Shown: positions 43,636 to 53,438 of the stretch, one piece after another
How the letters are laid out: each line of letters begins with the position of its first letter
How positions within the stretch are numbered: position 1 is the stretch's first letter
Origin: Candidatus Eiseniibacteriota bacterium
Lineage (GTDB): Bacteria > Eisenbacteria > RBG-16-71-46
Assembly (NCBI GenBank): GCA_963725865.1
Contig: CAVSAC010000014.1
Location: 768,001-832,000 of the forward strand
DNA: 64,000 bases
Reading direction: 5' to 3'
Translations under genes and position numbers: made by a program
The notes under the pieces: model-generated
Seen by the model: the letters and a program-made list of their open reading frames with translations, nothing else
Told to the model about the DNA's origin: nothing
The model's database searches: none

Positions 43636-44079
43636 CTAGAGGATGGGAGGCGCGCGCGCAGCGCGCGGAGTGTGCGCGCGCGATCCGGGCGGATCGTGCG
43701 CGTCGGGCGCCACCGCGTGGGCCGGTCCCGCGGGCGCGGGCAGGCTCGGCGGATCGACGGTCAACGCGATGGCCGTCGTCGGCGCGGGGTGGTCGGCCGC
43801 GGGTGCCGTCACCGGGATCAGCGACACGCAGCAGGGCGAGACGGTGGGGGCGGGCGCGCGCGGGGTGCGGGCCGGCCCGTGCTGGCAGCAGGGGGCCGCG
43901 CCCCCGGCGTGCGTGGCGACGGTCGGCCCGTCGCCGGCCATGCACGACATCGGCACGCGGACGCCGCGCGCCGTCGCGGCCCCCGACACCATGCAGAGAT
44001 TGGTGCCGAGGACGAACAGCGCGAGCGCGAGGGTCGCACCCAGGGCGCGCAGCGTGCGGTCGAGCCGGAACGGTGCCAT
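43636..44079 (-). CDS. Exported Cys/His-rich leader protein ending in RAPP (DUF2946/CutF/CruR-like putative arrest peptide)
   Basis: Hydrophobic N-terminus, PCCQH and PCC, Pro/Ala-rich linker, C-terminus RAARAPPIL*; directly upstream of cusCBA. Confidence 0.72.
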   Translation of the reverse strand: MAPFRLDRTLRALGATLALALFVLGTNLCMVSGAATARGVRVPMSCMAGDGPTVATHAGGAAPCCQHGPARTPRAPAPTVSPCCVSLIPVTAPAADHPAPTTAIALTVDPPSLPAPAGPAHAVAPDAHDPPGSRAHTPRAARAPPIL

Positions 44080-44217
44080 GGGGTGAAGTATCGGCCGCCC
44101 TCCGGGCGCCGCGTGTTCCTCTTCTGCAAACAGTTGGGATCGGGAGGCTCGATGGTCCGGCCGAAGGCACGTGCCGCTGAAGCTCGGGTGGATGCGGGAC
44201 TGGATGCGGGTTCGGGC

Positions 44218-44246
44218 TTGACGCGCCCGGGACATGCACCCATCTT
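44218..44246 (+). promoter_or_regulatory. Putative sigma70-type promoter for the decaheme/porin genes
   Basis: TTGACG-N17-CATCTT in the divergent intergenic region. Confidence 0.35.
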
Positions 44247-44415
44247 GACCCGCGATGAACGCTCGGGGCAGGACGCTCCGATCGGCCCTCTCCAGGGGGG
44301 CAGTCCCTCCCACGACGATCGCCCAGGGCCCTCGCACGAAGTCGCGTACGAACGGACCAGCCCGCCCACCCAGGTGGGTACGGCCGGCCAGGCCACCGCC
44401 GCAAGGAGAGCAGCG

Positions 44416-45342
44416 ATGAAACGCGCCCTGGCGCTCCCCGCTGTCTTGCTCACGCTACCGCTGGTCGCGCTGCTGAGCGCGCGGCCGCCCGCCCTCCATT
44501 CGGAGCCGGCCGCCACGTATGTCGGCTCCGAGACCTGCAAGGATTGCCACGAAGAGACGTGGGCCGCCATGCAGAAGACCGCGCACGGACGCGCCGAAGT
44601 CGACGCCCAGGTGATCGCCGATCGGGTCGGCTGCGAATCGTGCCATGGCCCCGGCTCGCTGCACGCCGAAGCCGCGGGCGACAAGAGCAATCCCGGATAC
44701 GCGACGGTTCGCAACTTCGCCACCATGTCCGCCACCGAGGCGAATGACGCGTGCCTGAGCTGTCACAAGAGCGGCGACCAGTTCTACTGGCAGCACGGCG
44801 CGCACGCGCGCGGCGGCCTGGCCTGCATCAAGTGTCACGATCCTCATCATGCGAAGACCGGCTCCGAGGGGGCGCTGCTGACCGCGCCCGACGTGAACCA
44901 GCTCTGCGTGACCTGCCACAAGGACAAGAAGGCCGCGATGTCGCGCTCGGCGCACATGCCGCTGCGCGAGGGCGGGCTGACGTGTGCGTCGTGTCACAAC
45001 CCGCACGGCAGCGCGACCGCCAGCCTGCTCAAGGCGTCGACGCCGAACGAGCTGTGCCTGACCTGCCACGCCGACAAGCGCGGCCCGTTCCTGTGGGAGC
45101 ACGCGCCGGTGCGCGAGAACTGCTTGAACTGCCACCAGCCGCACGGCTCGAACAACGCCAAGGTGCTGGCGTCCAAGGAGCCCTTCCTCTGTCAGCGGTG
45201 CCACGTGGCCTCGCGCCATCCGAGCACGGTCTACGACCTGAACGACCTGACAGCCAATCGTCTGATCAACCGGGGCTGCACGAACTGCCACGCCCAGATC
45301 CACGGGTCGAATCACCCGTCCGGCAACTTCTTCTTGAGGTAG
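44416..45342 (+). CDS. mtrA: DmsE/MtrA/MtoA-family decaheme c-type cytochrome
   Basis: AAGGAG RBS, signal peptide, exactly 10 CxxCH motifs, KRGPFLWEHAPV and IHGSNHPSG. Confidence 0.92.
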   Translation: MKRALALPAVLLTLPLVALLSARPPALHSEPAATYVGSETCKDCHEETWAAMQKTAHGRAEVDAQVIADRVGCESCHGPGSLHAEAAGDKSNPGYATVRNFATMSATEANDACLSCHKSGDQFYWQHGAHARGGLACIKCHDPHHAKTGSEGALLTAPDVNQLCVTCHKDKKAAMSRSAHMPLREGGLTCASCHNPHGSATASLLKASTPNELCLTCHADKRGPFLWEHAPVRENCLNCHQPHGSNNAKVLASKEPFLCQRCHVASRHPSTVYDLNDLTANRLINRGCTNCHAQIHGSNHPSGNFFLR

Positions 45343-45352
45343 GAGGAGAACC

Positions 45353-47518
45353 ATGAGAACCGACCGACTCGCGTTCGTGATGATCGCGGCGTGTGCGTTG
45401 GCGCTCTGCGCTCCCGCCCGCCCGGTGAAGGCCGAGGGTTCGCTCGTGCTGGGGGACCAGTGGTGGACCCAGACCGCGCCCGAAGCGAAGTACCAGGAGC
45501 TGCGCGACGTGGCGCGCGGTCCGTTCCTCGAGTCGCTGAAGCTCGAGACCTGGAACGGCCGCAACACCTATGCGCTGTCCGCCGTGAACGGCATGCAGCG
45601 GGACCAGGCCTGGCGCGGCATGTGGGCGTGGGGCTCGAAGCTCAACGCCAGGATCGGCTACATCCAGACCCCGCACCGCTTCTCGAGCACCTCGAAGACG
45701 TTCTACACCGAGGCGGGGGCCGGCAACTTCGTGCTGTCCGACTCGCTGCAGGCGCTGATCCAGCGCAGCAGCAGCGGCGGGATCACCAACATCCTCACCG
45801 ACGCGGTCAACAACGCGAACCGCGTCCCGCTCGAGTTCCACACCAGCGTCGCGAGCGCCCGCGTCCGCGTGCGGCCGCAGCGCGGCTGGATGTTCGAAGC
45901 CAATGGCCGCCAGACGTCGCGCGCCGGCCGCAAGGCGTACGGCGCGTTCATCGGCACCAGCCCTGGCAACCCGGTGGTGGAGCTCTGGGAGCCCATCGAC
46001 CAGACCTTGACCGACGCCGACGTGCGCGCGAACTACACCAACGATCGCGTCACGGTGCAGGCCATCGGCTCCATCTCGATGTTCGACAATCTCCACGAGC
46101 GGATGACGTGGGACAACTCGCGCCGGCTGTCCGACAACGGGACTCTCGGGCCGGCACGGGGCCAGCTCGCGCTGGCACCCGACAACAGCGAAGTGCGGGG
46201 CAGCGTCGCGGTGGGCGTGAAGCTGCCCAGGAAGAGCCTGCTCACCGGCACCGTCGGGCTGGCCCGGATCACTCAGGACCAGGCCTGGCTGCCGGTGACG
46301 ATCAACCAGGCCCTGCGCCCGGACACCATCCGGGTGCCGGGCAACAACACCGACGGCAAGGCCGACGTCGTCAACCTGGACGCGCGGCTGACCTCGATGG
46401 CGGTGGACCACGTGCGCGGGACGCTGCGCTTCCACTCCGACCAGTACGACAACCAGACGCCGGAGCGGGTCTTTGCGCACATCGTCACCGGGGACTATGC
46501 GGTGGCCGGCCCGTTCGAGACCAAGCCGTTCGCGAACCGCAACTGGGTCGGTGGCTTCGACGTCGATGTCGATCCCGGCTCGCGGATCTCGGTGGGCGCC
46601 ACCGCGGAATATCGCATCCGCGAGCGCACGCACCGCGAGGTCGAGAAGGACAAGGAAACCATCTTCGGCGGGCGGCTGCGCGTGCGCCCGATGGACGGCC
46701 TCGCGTTCGACGCCCGGGGCCGCTTCGGCGACCGCAAGCTCGACGCGTTCCTCGAGGAGGACTACGAGAGCGCTCCGGGCGTGTTCGCGGAACAGCCCGG
46801 GCTGCGGCGGCCGGACGTCGCGAACCGTCAGCAGACCCAGGGTCAGGCCGGGCTGTCGTGGATGCCGACCGAGATGTTCGAACTGTCGGTGACCTACAAC
46901 TACCTCAAGAACGACTACAAGGACCTGAGGTTCGGCCTGAAGTCCGAGGAGGTGGGCACGGTGTCGTCGCTGGGCACCATCCACACGACCTCGCGGCTCG
47001 ATCTGCGGGGCGGCTACGGCTACTCGCTGAACAAGACCGCGCAGGACTCCAAGCAGGGGCTCGGGGCCGCGATCCTGACCGATCCCGCCAGCGACTCGCT
47101 GCTCTGGAGCGTCGACGTCAACGACAAGAACGTGTTCGTGACGGCGGGCTTCGACCTGTGGCTACGGCCGGAGCGCTTCTCCATCGTGGGCGACTACGAG
47201 TTCAGCCGCGACCTGGTGGACTTCCCGATGGAGGCGGCCTACGGACTCCGCGGGGCCGGCCTGGGCACCAATCGCTTCCTCGGTTCGGTGCCGAGCACGC
47301 TGTATCGACGCCACGACGTGGTGGTGGAGGCGCGCTACCAGCTGTTGAAGAGCACCCAGATCACCGGTCGCTACGGGTGGGAGGAGTTCGATGCGATCGA
47401 CTTCGCGGCCAAGGACGTGCCGCTGGTCGCTCCGTCGGCCGCCGCGATCTACCTGGGGGACTTCTACAAGGACTATCGCGCCCACCGGCTCGCGCTGCTG
47501 GTGAAGCACGCGTTCTGA
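45353..47518 (+). CDS. mtrB: MtrB/PioB-family outer-membrane beta-barrel porin
   Basis: Immediately follows the decaheme gene; signal peptide, amphipathic strands, AKYQELRD, ELWEPID, ALAPDN, QPGLRR, terminal Phe. Confidence 0.88.
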   Translation: MRTDRLAFVMIAACALALCAPARPVKAEGSLVLGDQWWTQTAPEAKYQELRDVARGPFLESLKLETWNGRNTYALSAVNGMQRDQAWRGMWAWGSKLNARIGYIQTPHRFSSTSKTFYTEAGAGNFVLSDSLQALIQRSSSGGITNILTDAVNNANRVPLEFHTSVASARVRVRPQRGWMFEANGRQTSRAGRKAYGAFIGTSPGNPVVELWEPIDQTLTDADVRANYTNDRVTVQAIGSISMFDNLHERMTWDNSRRLSDNGTLGPARGQLALAPDNSEVRGSVAVGVKLPRKSLLTGTVGLARITQDQAWLPVTINQALRPDTIRVPGNNTDGKADVVNLDARLTSMAVDHVRGTLRFHSDQYDNQTPERVFAHIVTGDYAVAGPFETKPFANRNWVGGFDVDVDPGSRISVGATAEYRIRERTHREVEKDKETIFGGRLRVRPMDGLAFDARGRFGDRKLDAFLEEDYESAPGVFAEQPGLRRPDVANRQQTQGQAGLSWMPTEMFELSVTYNYLKNDYKDLRFGLKSEEVGTVSSLGTIHTTSRLDLRGGYGYSLNKTAQDSKQGLGAAILTDPASDSLLWSVDVNDKNVFVTAGFDLWLRPERFSIVGDYEFSRDLVDFPMEAAYGLRGAGLGTNRFLGSVPSTLYRRHDVVVEARYQLLKSTQITGRYGWEEFDAIDFAAKDVPLVAPSAAAIYLGDFYKDYRAHRLALLVKHAF

Positions 47519-47622
47519 TCGATTCGCGCGCCGGCTGCGGACGCACGGCGCGGGGCTTCGGCCTCGCGCCGTCCGTCGTCGCGGCGCTCGGCGGCGGCTG
47601 CGCGCGGCCGCGTCGGAATGGC

Positions 47623-47652
47623 TTGTGACCCGGCCGGAGCGCTCGCTATGAT
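47623..47652 (+). promoter_or_regulatory. Putative sigma70-type promoter for the Rieske/cytb-1 block
   Basis: TTGTGA-N18-TATGAT about 55 nt upstream of ATG 47707. Confidence 0.45.
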
Positions 47653-47706
47653 GCGCCGCGCCGTGCCGGGCCCCCCTGCCTGAGATCCCGATCCTCGAGA
47701 GGTGAC

Positions 47707-48168
47707 ATGGCATCGCCCTCGACCCCGTCCTCCGCGCCCCCGGCGCCGGAGCGGCGGAAGTTCCTCGACTGGCTCAGCAAGGCGTTCCTGGGGCTGTGGG
47801 TGCTCGGAGGCGCCGGCGTGGTGGGCGCCTACCTCAAGTCACCCGAGCGCGAGAAGCGCATCGCCGAGCACACCGTTCGCGTCGGACTGCTCGAGGATCT
47901 GCACGTGGGCGAGGCGCGCCTGGTGCGCCACGGCATCGCGCCGTTCTTCGTCATTCGCACCGATGCCACCCGCGTCATCGCGATCTCGGCCGTGTGCACC
48001 CACGTGCGCTGCATCCTCGGATTCGATCGCGAACGCCGCGTGCTCCAGTGCCCCTGCCACGACGGGCGCTTCGATCTCGCCGGCAACGTGCTCGGAGGCC
48101 CGCCGTCGCGGCCCCTGCGCTCCTACGAGGTCGCGGTGCGGGCCGGCGAGGTGTACGTCCAGCTATGA
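47707..48168 (+). CDS. Rieske [2Fe-2S] protein, copy 1
   Basis: Tat motif RRKFL, TM helix, CTHVRC and CPCHDG, GPPSRPL. Confidence 0.92.
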   Translation: MASPSTPSSAPPAPERRKFLDWLSKAFLGLWVLGGAGVVGAYLKSPEREKRIAEHTVRVGLLEDLHVGEARLVRHGIAPFFVIRTDATRVIAISAVCTHVRCILGFDRERRVLQCPCHDGRFDLAGNVLGGPPSRPLRSYEVAVRAGEVYVQL

Positions 48169-49298
48169 GCGGGACGCCCGAGTCCTCCCGGAGCCGTCGC
48201 CGCGATCCGGTCGGCTGGCTCGAGCGGCGCCTCAATCTGAGCGAGCTGTTCTCGTTCGTCACCCACTTCGGCTTCGTCTACACCCCCGTGGACACCTCCC
48301 GTCCGGTGCGCGAGGTGATCGACGGGGTCGCGCGCCAGCGCGTGGAGTCCTACGTGCACGGGCCGCGCGTGCTCGGCCTGCTCGCGGCCATCGTGTTCCT
48401 GCTCGAGGTGGTGACCGGGACGCTGCTGGCGTTCTACTACCAGCCCACGCCCGGCACCGCGTTCGAGAGCACACGCACCATCGTCCGCGACATCCCGTTC
48501 GGCTGGTTCCTCCACCAGATGCACACCTGGGGCGCGTGGCTGCTCGGCGGCCTGGTGGTCCTGCGGCTGCTGCGGCTGTTCTGGGACGGGCTCTACCGCG
48601 CACCGCGCGAGGTGCTGTGGTTCTGCGCCGTCGGGATGGCGTGGCTGGTGCTCCAGATGGACTTCACCGGCCGGCTCATGACGTGGAACTCGCATTCCTA
48701 CTGGTCGGTGGTGCGCGGCATGGAGGTCATCGTCGCGCTTCCGGTGGTCGGACCGGCGCTCACCTTCCTGCTTGGCGGGCACGTGGTCAGCGACAACACG
48801 CTGATTCGATTCTACGTGCTCCACGTGATGGTGCTGCCGGTGTGGTTCGCGCTCGGAGTCTTCCTGACGTTCGCCACGCTGCGACGCGTGGGCCTGAGCC
48901 CCGCCGTCGCGCGACCGGAGCGTAGCGAGACCACCTACCGCAACCACATGTACTCGATGGCGCTGCTGGTGCTCGGGATGTTCGGCGTGCTGGTGTCGCT
49001 GGCCATCCTGCTGCCGTTCCGGTTCTCGGCCGCCGCCGATCCGTACACCACTCCGGCCGGCGTGCGGCCGCCCTGGTACATGCTCGCGCCCTACGCGCTG
49101 CTCCAGGGCCTGCCCGTGCCGGTGTGGATCACCGGGCTCGTGCTGGTCGTGGCGGCGTTCGCAGTGCTGCTGCTGCCGCTGTTCGCGAAGCGCTTCGCGC
49201 TCTCCGAGACCGACGGGCGCACCCGCTTCGTCGGCCTCGTGCTCCTGGCCTCGTGGATCGCGCTGTCGGTGTGGGGCGCGTTCATGGAGCGACGGTGA
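48165..49298 (+). CDS. Cytochrome b of a Rieske/cytb complex, copy 1 (lacks heme bH ligands)
   Basis: TGTLLAFYYQP, GWFLHQMH, YRAPRE, SYWS, RFYVLH, ADPY.TP and RPPWY. Confidence 0.9.
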   Translation: MSGTPESSRSRRRDPVGWLERRLNLSELFSFVTHFGFVYTPVDTSRPVREVIDGVARQRVESYVHGPRVLGLLAAIVFLLEVVTGTLLAFYYQPTPGTAFESTRTIVRDIPFGWFLHQMHTWGAWLLGGLVVLRLLRLFWDGLYRAPREVLWFCAVGMAWLVLQMDFTGRLMTWNSHSYWSVVRGMEVIVALPVVGPALTFLLGGHVVSDNTLIRFYVLHVMVLPVWFALGVFLTFATLRRVGLSPAVARPERSETTYRNHMYSMALLVLGMFGVLVSLAILLPFRFSAAADPYTTPAGVRPPWYMLAPYALLQGLPVPVWITGLVLVVAAFAVLLLPLFAKRFALSETDGRTRFVGLVLLASWIALSVWGAFMERR

Positions 49299-50518
49299 GT
49301 GCCGCGCGCGGCCTCGCGCCGCTGCTCGTCGCCGCGTTGTGCGCCATCGCGGCGCCGGCGCGCGCTGCTGCGCCCGAGGGCGGCGCGTCGGGGGGCCGCT
49401 GCGTAGCCTGTCACCCGGCGGAGAAGGTGCTGTTCCTCAAGAGCCTGCACGCGAACGAGGGCGTGACCTGTGTCTCGTGCCACGGAGGCAACGCGGACGC
49501 GGTCGACCAGGCGACCGCCCACGGCCGCGGCTTCCGCGGCCGGATCTCCAAGCAGGATGTCCCCGCGATGTGCTCGTCGTGTCATTCGGACGAGGACCGG
49601 ATGCGGCCCTACAACCTGCCCGTGGACCAGAACGCGCTCTACCAGACCTCGGACCACGGCCGCCGGCTCGCGAAAGGCGACCTGCGGGTCGCGGTGTGTT
49701 CGGACTGCCACGGCGCGCACGACATCCTGCCGCCCGAGGATCCGGCGAGCCGGGTCTACGCGCTCAACATCCCCCGCACCTGCGGCACCTGCCACGGTGA
49801 CCGCAAGCTGATGGGCGAGGGCGTGGACCGCGGCGGCGTCTACGCCGCGTACCAGTCCAGCGTGCACGCCAAGGCGTTGTTCGAGCGCGGCAACCTGCGT
49901 GCGCCGACCTGCGTGTCCTGCCACGGGGTGCACGGCGCCGCGCCGCCGCAGACCGGCGACATCGCGAAGGTGTGCGGCCAGTGCCACACCGCCGAGCGCC
50001 GCTACTTCGCGGCCGGCCCGCACCAGCGCAACCTGGCGCAAAGCGGCCTGCCGGAGTGCGTGTCGTGCCACGGCAACCACGCGGTGGCGGCCTCCGATCC
50101 GGGGCGCCTCGGCACCCAGTGCGGCACGTGCCATGGCATGGGCTCCCCGCAGGAGAAGGCCGGCCAGGCGATGCTCGGCGAGTACCTCGCCGCGCAGAAG
50201 GAGGTCGACGCCGCGGCCGCGATCATCGCCAGGGCCGACGCGGTGCCGCTGCCGACCGAGGACTACAAGGCGCGGCTCGAAGAGGCCCGCACCTTCCTGA
50301 GCGAGGCCCTGCCGGCCGCGCACTCGGTGCACCTCGAGACGGTCTCGCCGTTCGCCTCGCGAGCCCGCTCGGTCGGGCAGGAGATCCGCAGCGAGATCGG
50401 CCGCAAGCTCGGCGACAGCAAGTGGCGCTATGTGGGCCTGGTCGTGTTCTGGTTCTACCTCGGGCTCACCCTCCTGATCGTGCGCCGCTTCCAGAGACGG
50501 GCCGCGGGGAGGCCATAG
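49295..50518 (+). CDS. Nonaheme c-type cytochrome with C-terminal membrane anchor, copy 1
   Basis: Signal peptide, 9 CxxCH motifs, helical stalk, C-terminal TM; GTGA overlap with cytochrome b. Confidence 0.88.
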   Translation: MSAARGLAPLLVAALCAIAAPARAAAPEGGASGGRCVACHPAEKVLFLKSLHANEGVTCVSCHGGNADAVDQATAHGRGFRGRISKQDVPAMCSSCHSDEDRMRPYNLPVDQNALYQTSDHGRRLAKGDLRVAVCSDCHGAHDILPPEDPASRVYALNIPRTCGTCHGDRKLMGEGVDRGGVYAAYQSSVHAKALFERGNLRAPTCVSCHGVHGAAPPQTGDIAKVCGQCHTAERRYFAAGPHQRNLAQSGLPECVSCHGNHAVAASDPGRLGTQCGTCHGMGSPQEKAGQAMLGEYLAAQKEVDAAAAIIARADAVPLPTEDYKARLEEARTFLSEALPAAHSVHLETVSPFASRARSVGQEIRSEIGRKLGDSKWRYVGLVVFWFYLGLTLLIVRRFQRRAAGRP

Positions 50519-50519
50519 G

Positions 50520-52349
50520 ATGCCGCGGCTTCCCGTGCTGGGGCCCGACTCGGGCTTCGCGCGGCTGATCGAGCAGGTCACCCGCGGGCTCCTCACCCCG
50601 CGCGGCGCGCGCGCCGCCACCATCGGCGCGGCGTTCGTGCTCGCGTTCGGACTGATCGCGATGCTCGCTTTCGTGCAGGTGTCGTCCACGCCGACTTTCT
50701 GCGGCAGCATCTGCCACATCATGAAGCCCTACTACCAGTCGTGGAAGCACTCGAGCCACAACAAGGTGGCGTGCGTCGAGTGCCACATCTCGCCCGGCGT
50801 GACCGCCGAGATGCGCAAGAAGTTCGAGGCCATGTCGATGGTCGCGAAGTACATCACCGGCACCTACGGCACCAAGCCGTGGGCCGAGGTGGACGACGCC
50901 GCGTGCCTGCGCTGTCATGAGCGCCGCCTGCTCGAAGGCAAGGTGGACTTCCACGGCGTGACCTTCGATCACACGCCGCACCTCACCGAGACGCGGCGCG
51001 GCATGAAGCTGCGCTGCACCTCGTGCCACGGCCAGCTCGTCCAGGGCACCCATCTGACCGTGACCTCGACGACCTGCGCGATCTGCCACTTCAAGGATCA
51101 GAAGCCCAACGAAGGACTCGGCCGCTGCGTGCGCTGCCACCAGATCCCCGAGCGGGTGGTCGGCGTGGGCCGAGTGAACTTCGATCACACCCAGGTGAAG
51201 ACGCTCGGCATGGACTGTCGCTCGTGCCACGCGGGCATCGTGCAGGGGAAGGGCGAGGTGCCGCGCGAGCGTTGCGTGTCCTGCCACAACCAGCCCGCGC
51301 GGCTGGCCGAGTTCGGCAACTCCGACCTGCTCCACCGCAAGCACGTGACCGAGCACAAGGTGGACTGCGTCGAATGCCACATGGTGATCGAGCACGCGCA
51401 GCGGCCCGCCACCACCACGGCGGCCGCCACCACGACCGAGGACGCCGGCACCTGCGGCACCTGCCACGGTTCGGGCCACAACGCCCAGCAGCTGCTTTAC
51501 GAGGGCCGCGGTGGGCGCGGCGTGCCCGTGATGCCCGGTCCGATGGCGGTCGCGGGGGTGTCGTGCGAAGGCTGCCACAGCGCGGCGTTGTCGGCGGACG
51601 GCGCCGCCGCCGGGAGCCTCGGCGTCCACACGCTGCGCTCCAACGAAGTGGCCTGCATGTCGTGCCACGGCCCGGCGTACCAGGCGATCTTCCGGGCGTG
51701 GAAGGCCGGGGTGGACGAGCGCGTCGGCGCGCTCCGCAGCCAACTGGACGCCAGCGTCGGCGCGATGGGCGTGTCCGCTCCGCAGTCGTTCGAGGATGCG
51801 CGTGCCAACTTCCTGCTGGTCGAGCGGGGCCGCGGCGTGCACAACGTGAACTTCTCCTATGCGCTGCTCGACAAGGCGTGGGAGCAGATGAACGGCGCCC
51901 GCCACGAGAAGGGCCTGGGACCTTTGGCTCGCCCGTGGACCGTGATCGCGCCGGCCTCGGCGGCGTGCCTGAACTGCCACGTCGGCATCGAGTCCCAGTC
52001 GGGAGAGTTCCAGGGCAAGGCCTTCGAGCACCGCCGGCACCTGGTCGCCGCCCGGCTCGACTGCGCTGCCTGCCATCGTCCGCACGCGGAGCGCGCCCCG
52101 GGCGAAGTGGTGAAGTTCGGCCCGGGCGGCTGCGCGCCGTGCCACCACCGCCCCGGCACCACGGCCAACGAGGCGGCGTGCGGCAAGTGTCACCGCGACG
52201 TCCGCCATCGCACCCTGCCGTCGTGGCGCGGCGAGTTCGCCCACGCCGCGCATCTCGAGCAGGGGCTGGAGTGCGCGTCCTGCCATGACGCCCGCGGCGG
52301 TGATCCACGGCCGCAGAAGCGTGCGTGCACGCAGTGCCACACGGACTGA
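50520..52349 (+). CDS. NapC/NirT-like membrane-anchored multiheme cytochrome (18 heme motifs)
   Basis: N-terminal TM, FCGSICHIM (CX3CH-x-M) and SSH..VACVECH as in NapC, plus 16 further CxxCH motifs. Confidence 0.88.
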   Translation: MPRLPVLGPDSGFARLIEQVTRGLLTPRGARAATIGAAFVLAFGLIAMLAFVQVSSTPTFCGSICHIMKPYYQSWKHSSHNKVACVECHISPGVTAEMRKKFEAMSMVAKYITGTYGTKPWAEVDDAACLRCHERRLLEGKVDFHGVTFDHTPHLTETRRGMKLRCTSCHGQLVQGTHLTVTSTTCAICHFKDQKPNEGLGRCVRCHQIPERVVGVGRVNFDHTQVKTLGMDCRSCHAGIVQGKGEVPRERCVSCHNQPARLAEFGNSDLLHRKHVTEHKVDCVECHMVIEHAQRPATTTAAATTTEDAGTCGTCHGSGHNAQQLLYEGRGGRGVPVMPGPMAVAGVSCEGCHSAALSADGAAAGSLGVHTLRSNEVACMSCHGPAYQAIFRAWKAGVDERVGALRSQLDASVGAMGVSAPQSFEDARANFLLVERGRGVHNVNFSYALLDKAWEQMNGARHEKGLGPLARPWTVIAPASAACLNCHVGIESQSGEFQGKAFEHRRHLVAARLDCAACHRPHAERAPGEVVKFGPGGCAPCHHRPGTTANEAACGKCHRDVRHRTLPSWRGEFAHAAHLEQGLECASCHDARGGDPRPQKRACTQCHTD

Positions 52350-52705
52350 GCGGGCGCGGACCGCGGCGGGGAGGGGCCACCCCGCCATCGGCTGGATCTC
52401 ACTGAACGAGTGTTCAGCATTGCCCGGGGGCGGCGCGGGGCCGCTTGTGATTTTCCTTTCATGACCCGTCGCGACCGCCTAGTCTCTCAACGTCATGTGC
52501 TCGTGGTGAGGGAGTCTGGACTCCCCGCGAATCATGACGGCAGCATCACGGGCCTCCGCCCGGGTCCCTGGACCCCCCACCTTCCGCGGAGGCGCCTGTC
52601 CGTGCACGGGTGCGACGATCCCGCCGGGGTCGCCGCGATCGCGCGACGTCACTCGTCCCTCCCGCTCTCGTGGGACGACCTTGGCCCGCGCGGAAGGAGG
52701 GTGGG

Positions 52706-53438
52706 GTGAGAGTCCCCGAGCAGATCCAACGCCTCGCCGTCGTCGTCGCACTCCTGGTGATCGCCATCCTGCTGGTCCGCTTCGTGGCCATCCCGCGGGC
52801 GTATTTCTCGACGCCGATGCACCGGGCGAGCACCGTGGCGCGCGAGATGGCCCGCCCCGTGAGCTTCGCGGGCGCGCAGGCCTGTCGCCAGTGCCACGAC
52901 GACGTGTACGAGATGAAGAGCAACAGCTTCCACAAGGGGCTCGCATGCGAGATCTGCCACGGGCCCTCGCAGAAGCACGCGAACGATCCGATGGCGGTCA
53001 AGCCCCCGGCGCCCCGGGACCGCAAGTTCTGCCCGGTCTGCCACGCGTACGACCCCGCGCGCCCGACTGGCTTCCCGCAGATCAATCCGATGACGCACAA
53101 CCCGATGATCCCCTGCATCACCTGCCACAACCCGCACGACCCGACGCCTCCCGAGACGCCCCGCGAGTGCTCCGCCTGCCACGCGCAGATCGAGCACACC
53201 AAGGCGCTCTCGGCTCACGCGCTGCTCCCGTGCACGACGTGCCATGTGGCCAGCGAGGAGCACCGGCTCCATCCACGGACCGCTCGTCCCACCATCCCGA
53301 CGACCCGCGAGTTCTGCGGCACGTGCCATGGCGAGGGGGCGACCGCAGGGGAACGCTCCAAAGGTCGACATCAGCACCCACAACGCGCCCTACCTGTGCT
53401 GGCAGTGCCACTATCCCCACCTTCCGGAGGCCCGGTGA
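52706..53438 (+). CDS. Membrane-anchored octaheme c-type cytochrome (apparent one-base frameshift near 53335-53351)
   Basis: GGAAGGAGG RBS, GTG start, TM, 7 CxxCH in frame. The 8th motif (CWQCH) and the stop lie in another frame, whose TGA overlaps the next ATG (TGATG). Confidence 0.75.

Noticed and set aside
52445..52464. Rex/CRP-like site TTGTGA...TCATGA
   Set aside because: The spacing (8 nt) and the right half do not fit either consensus
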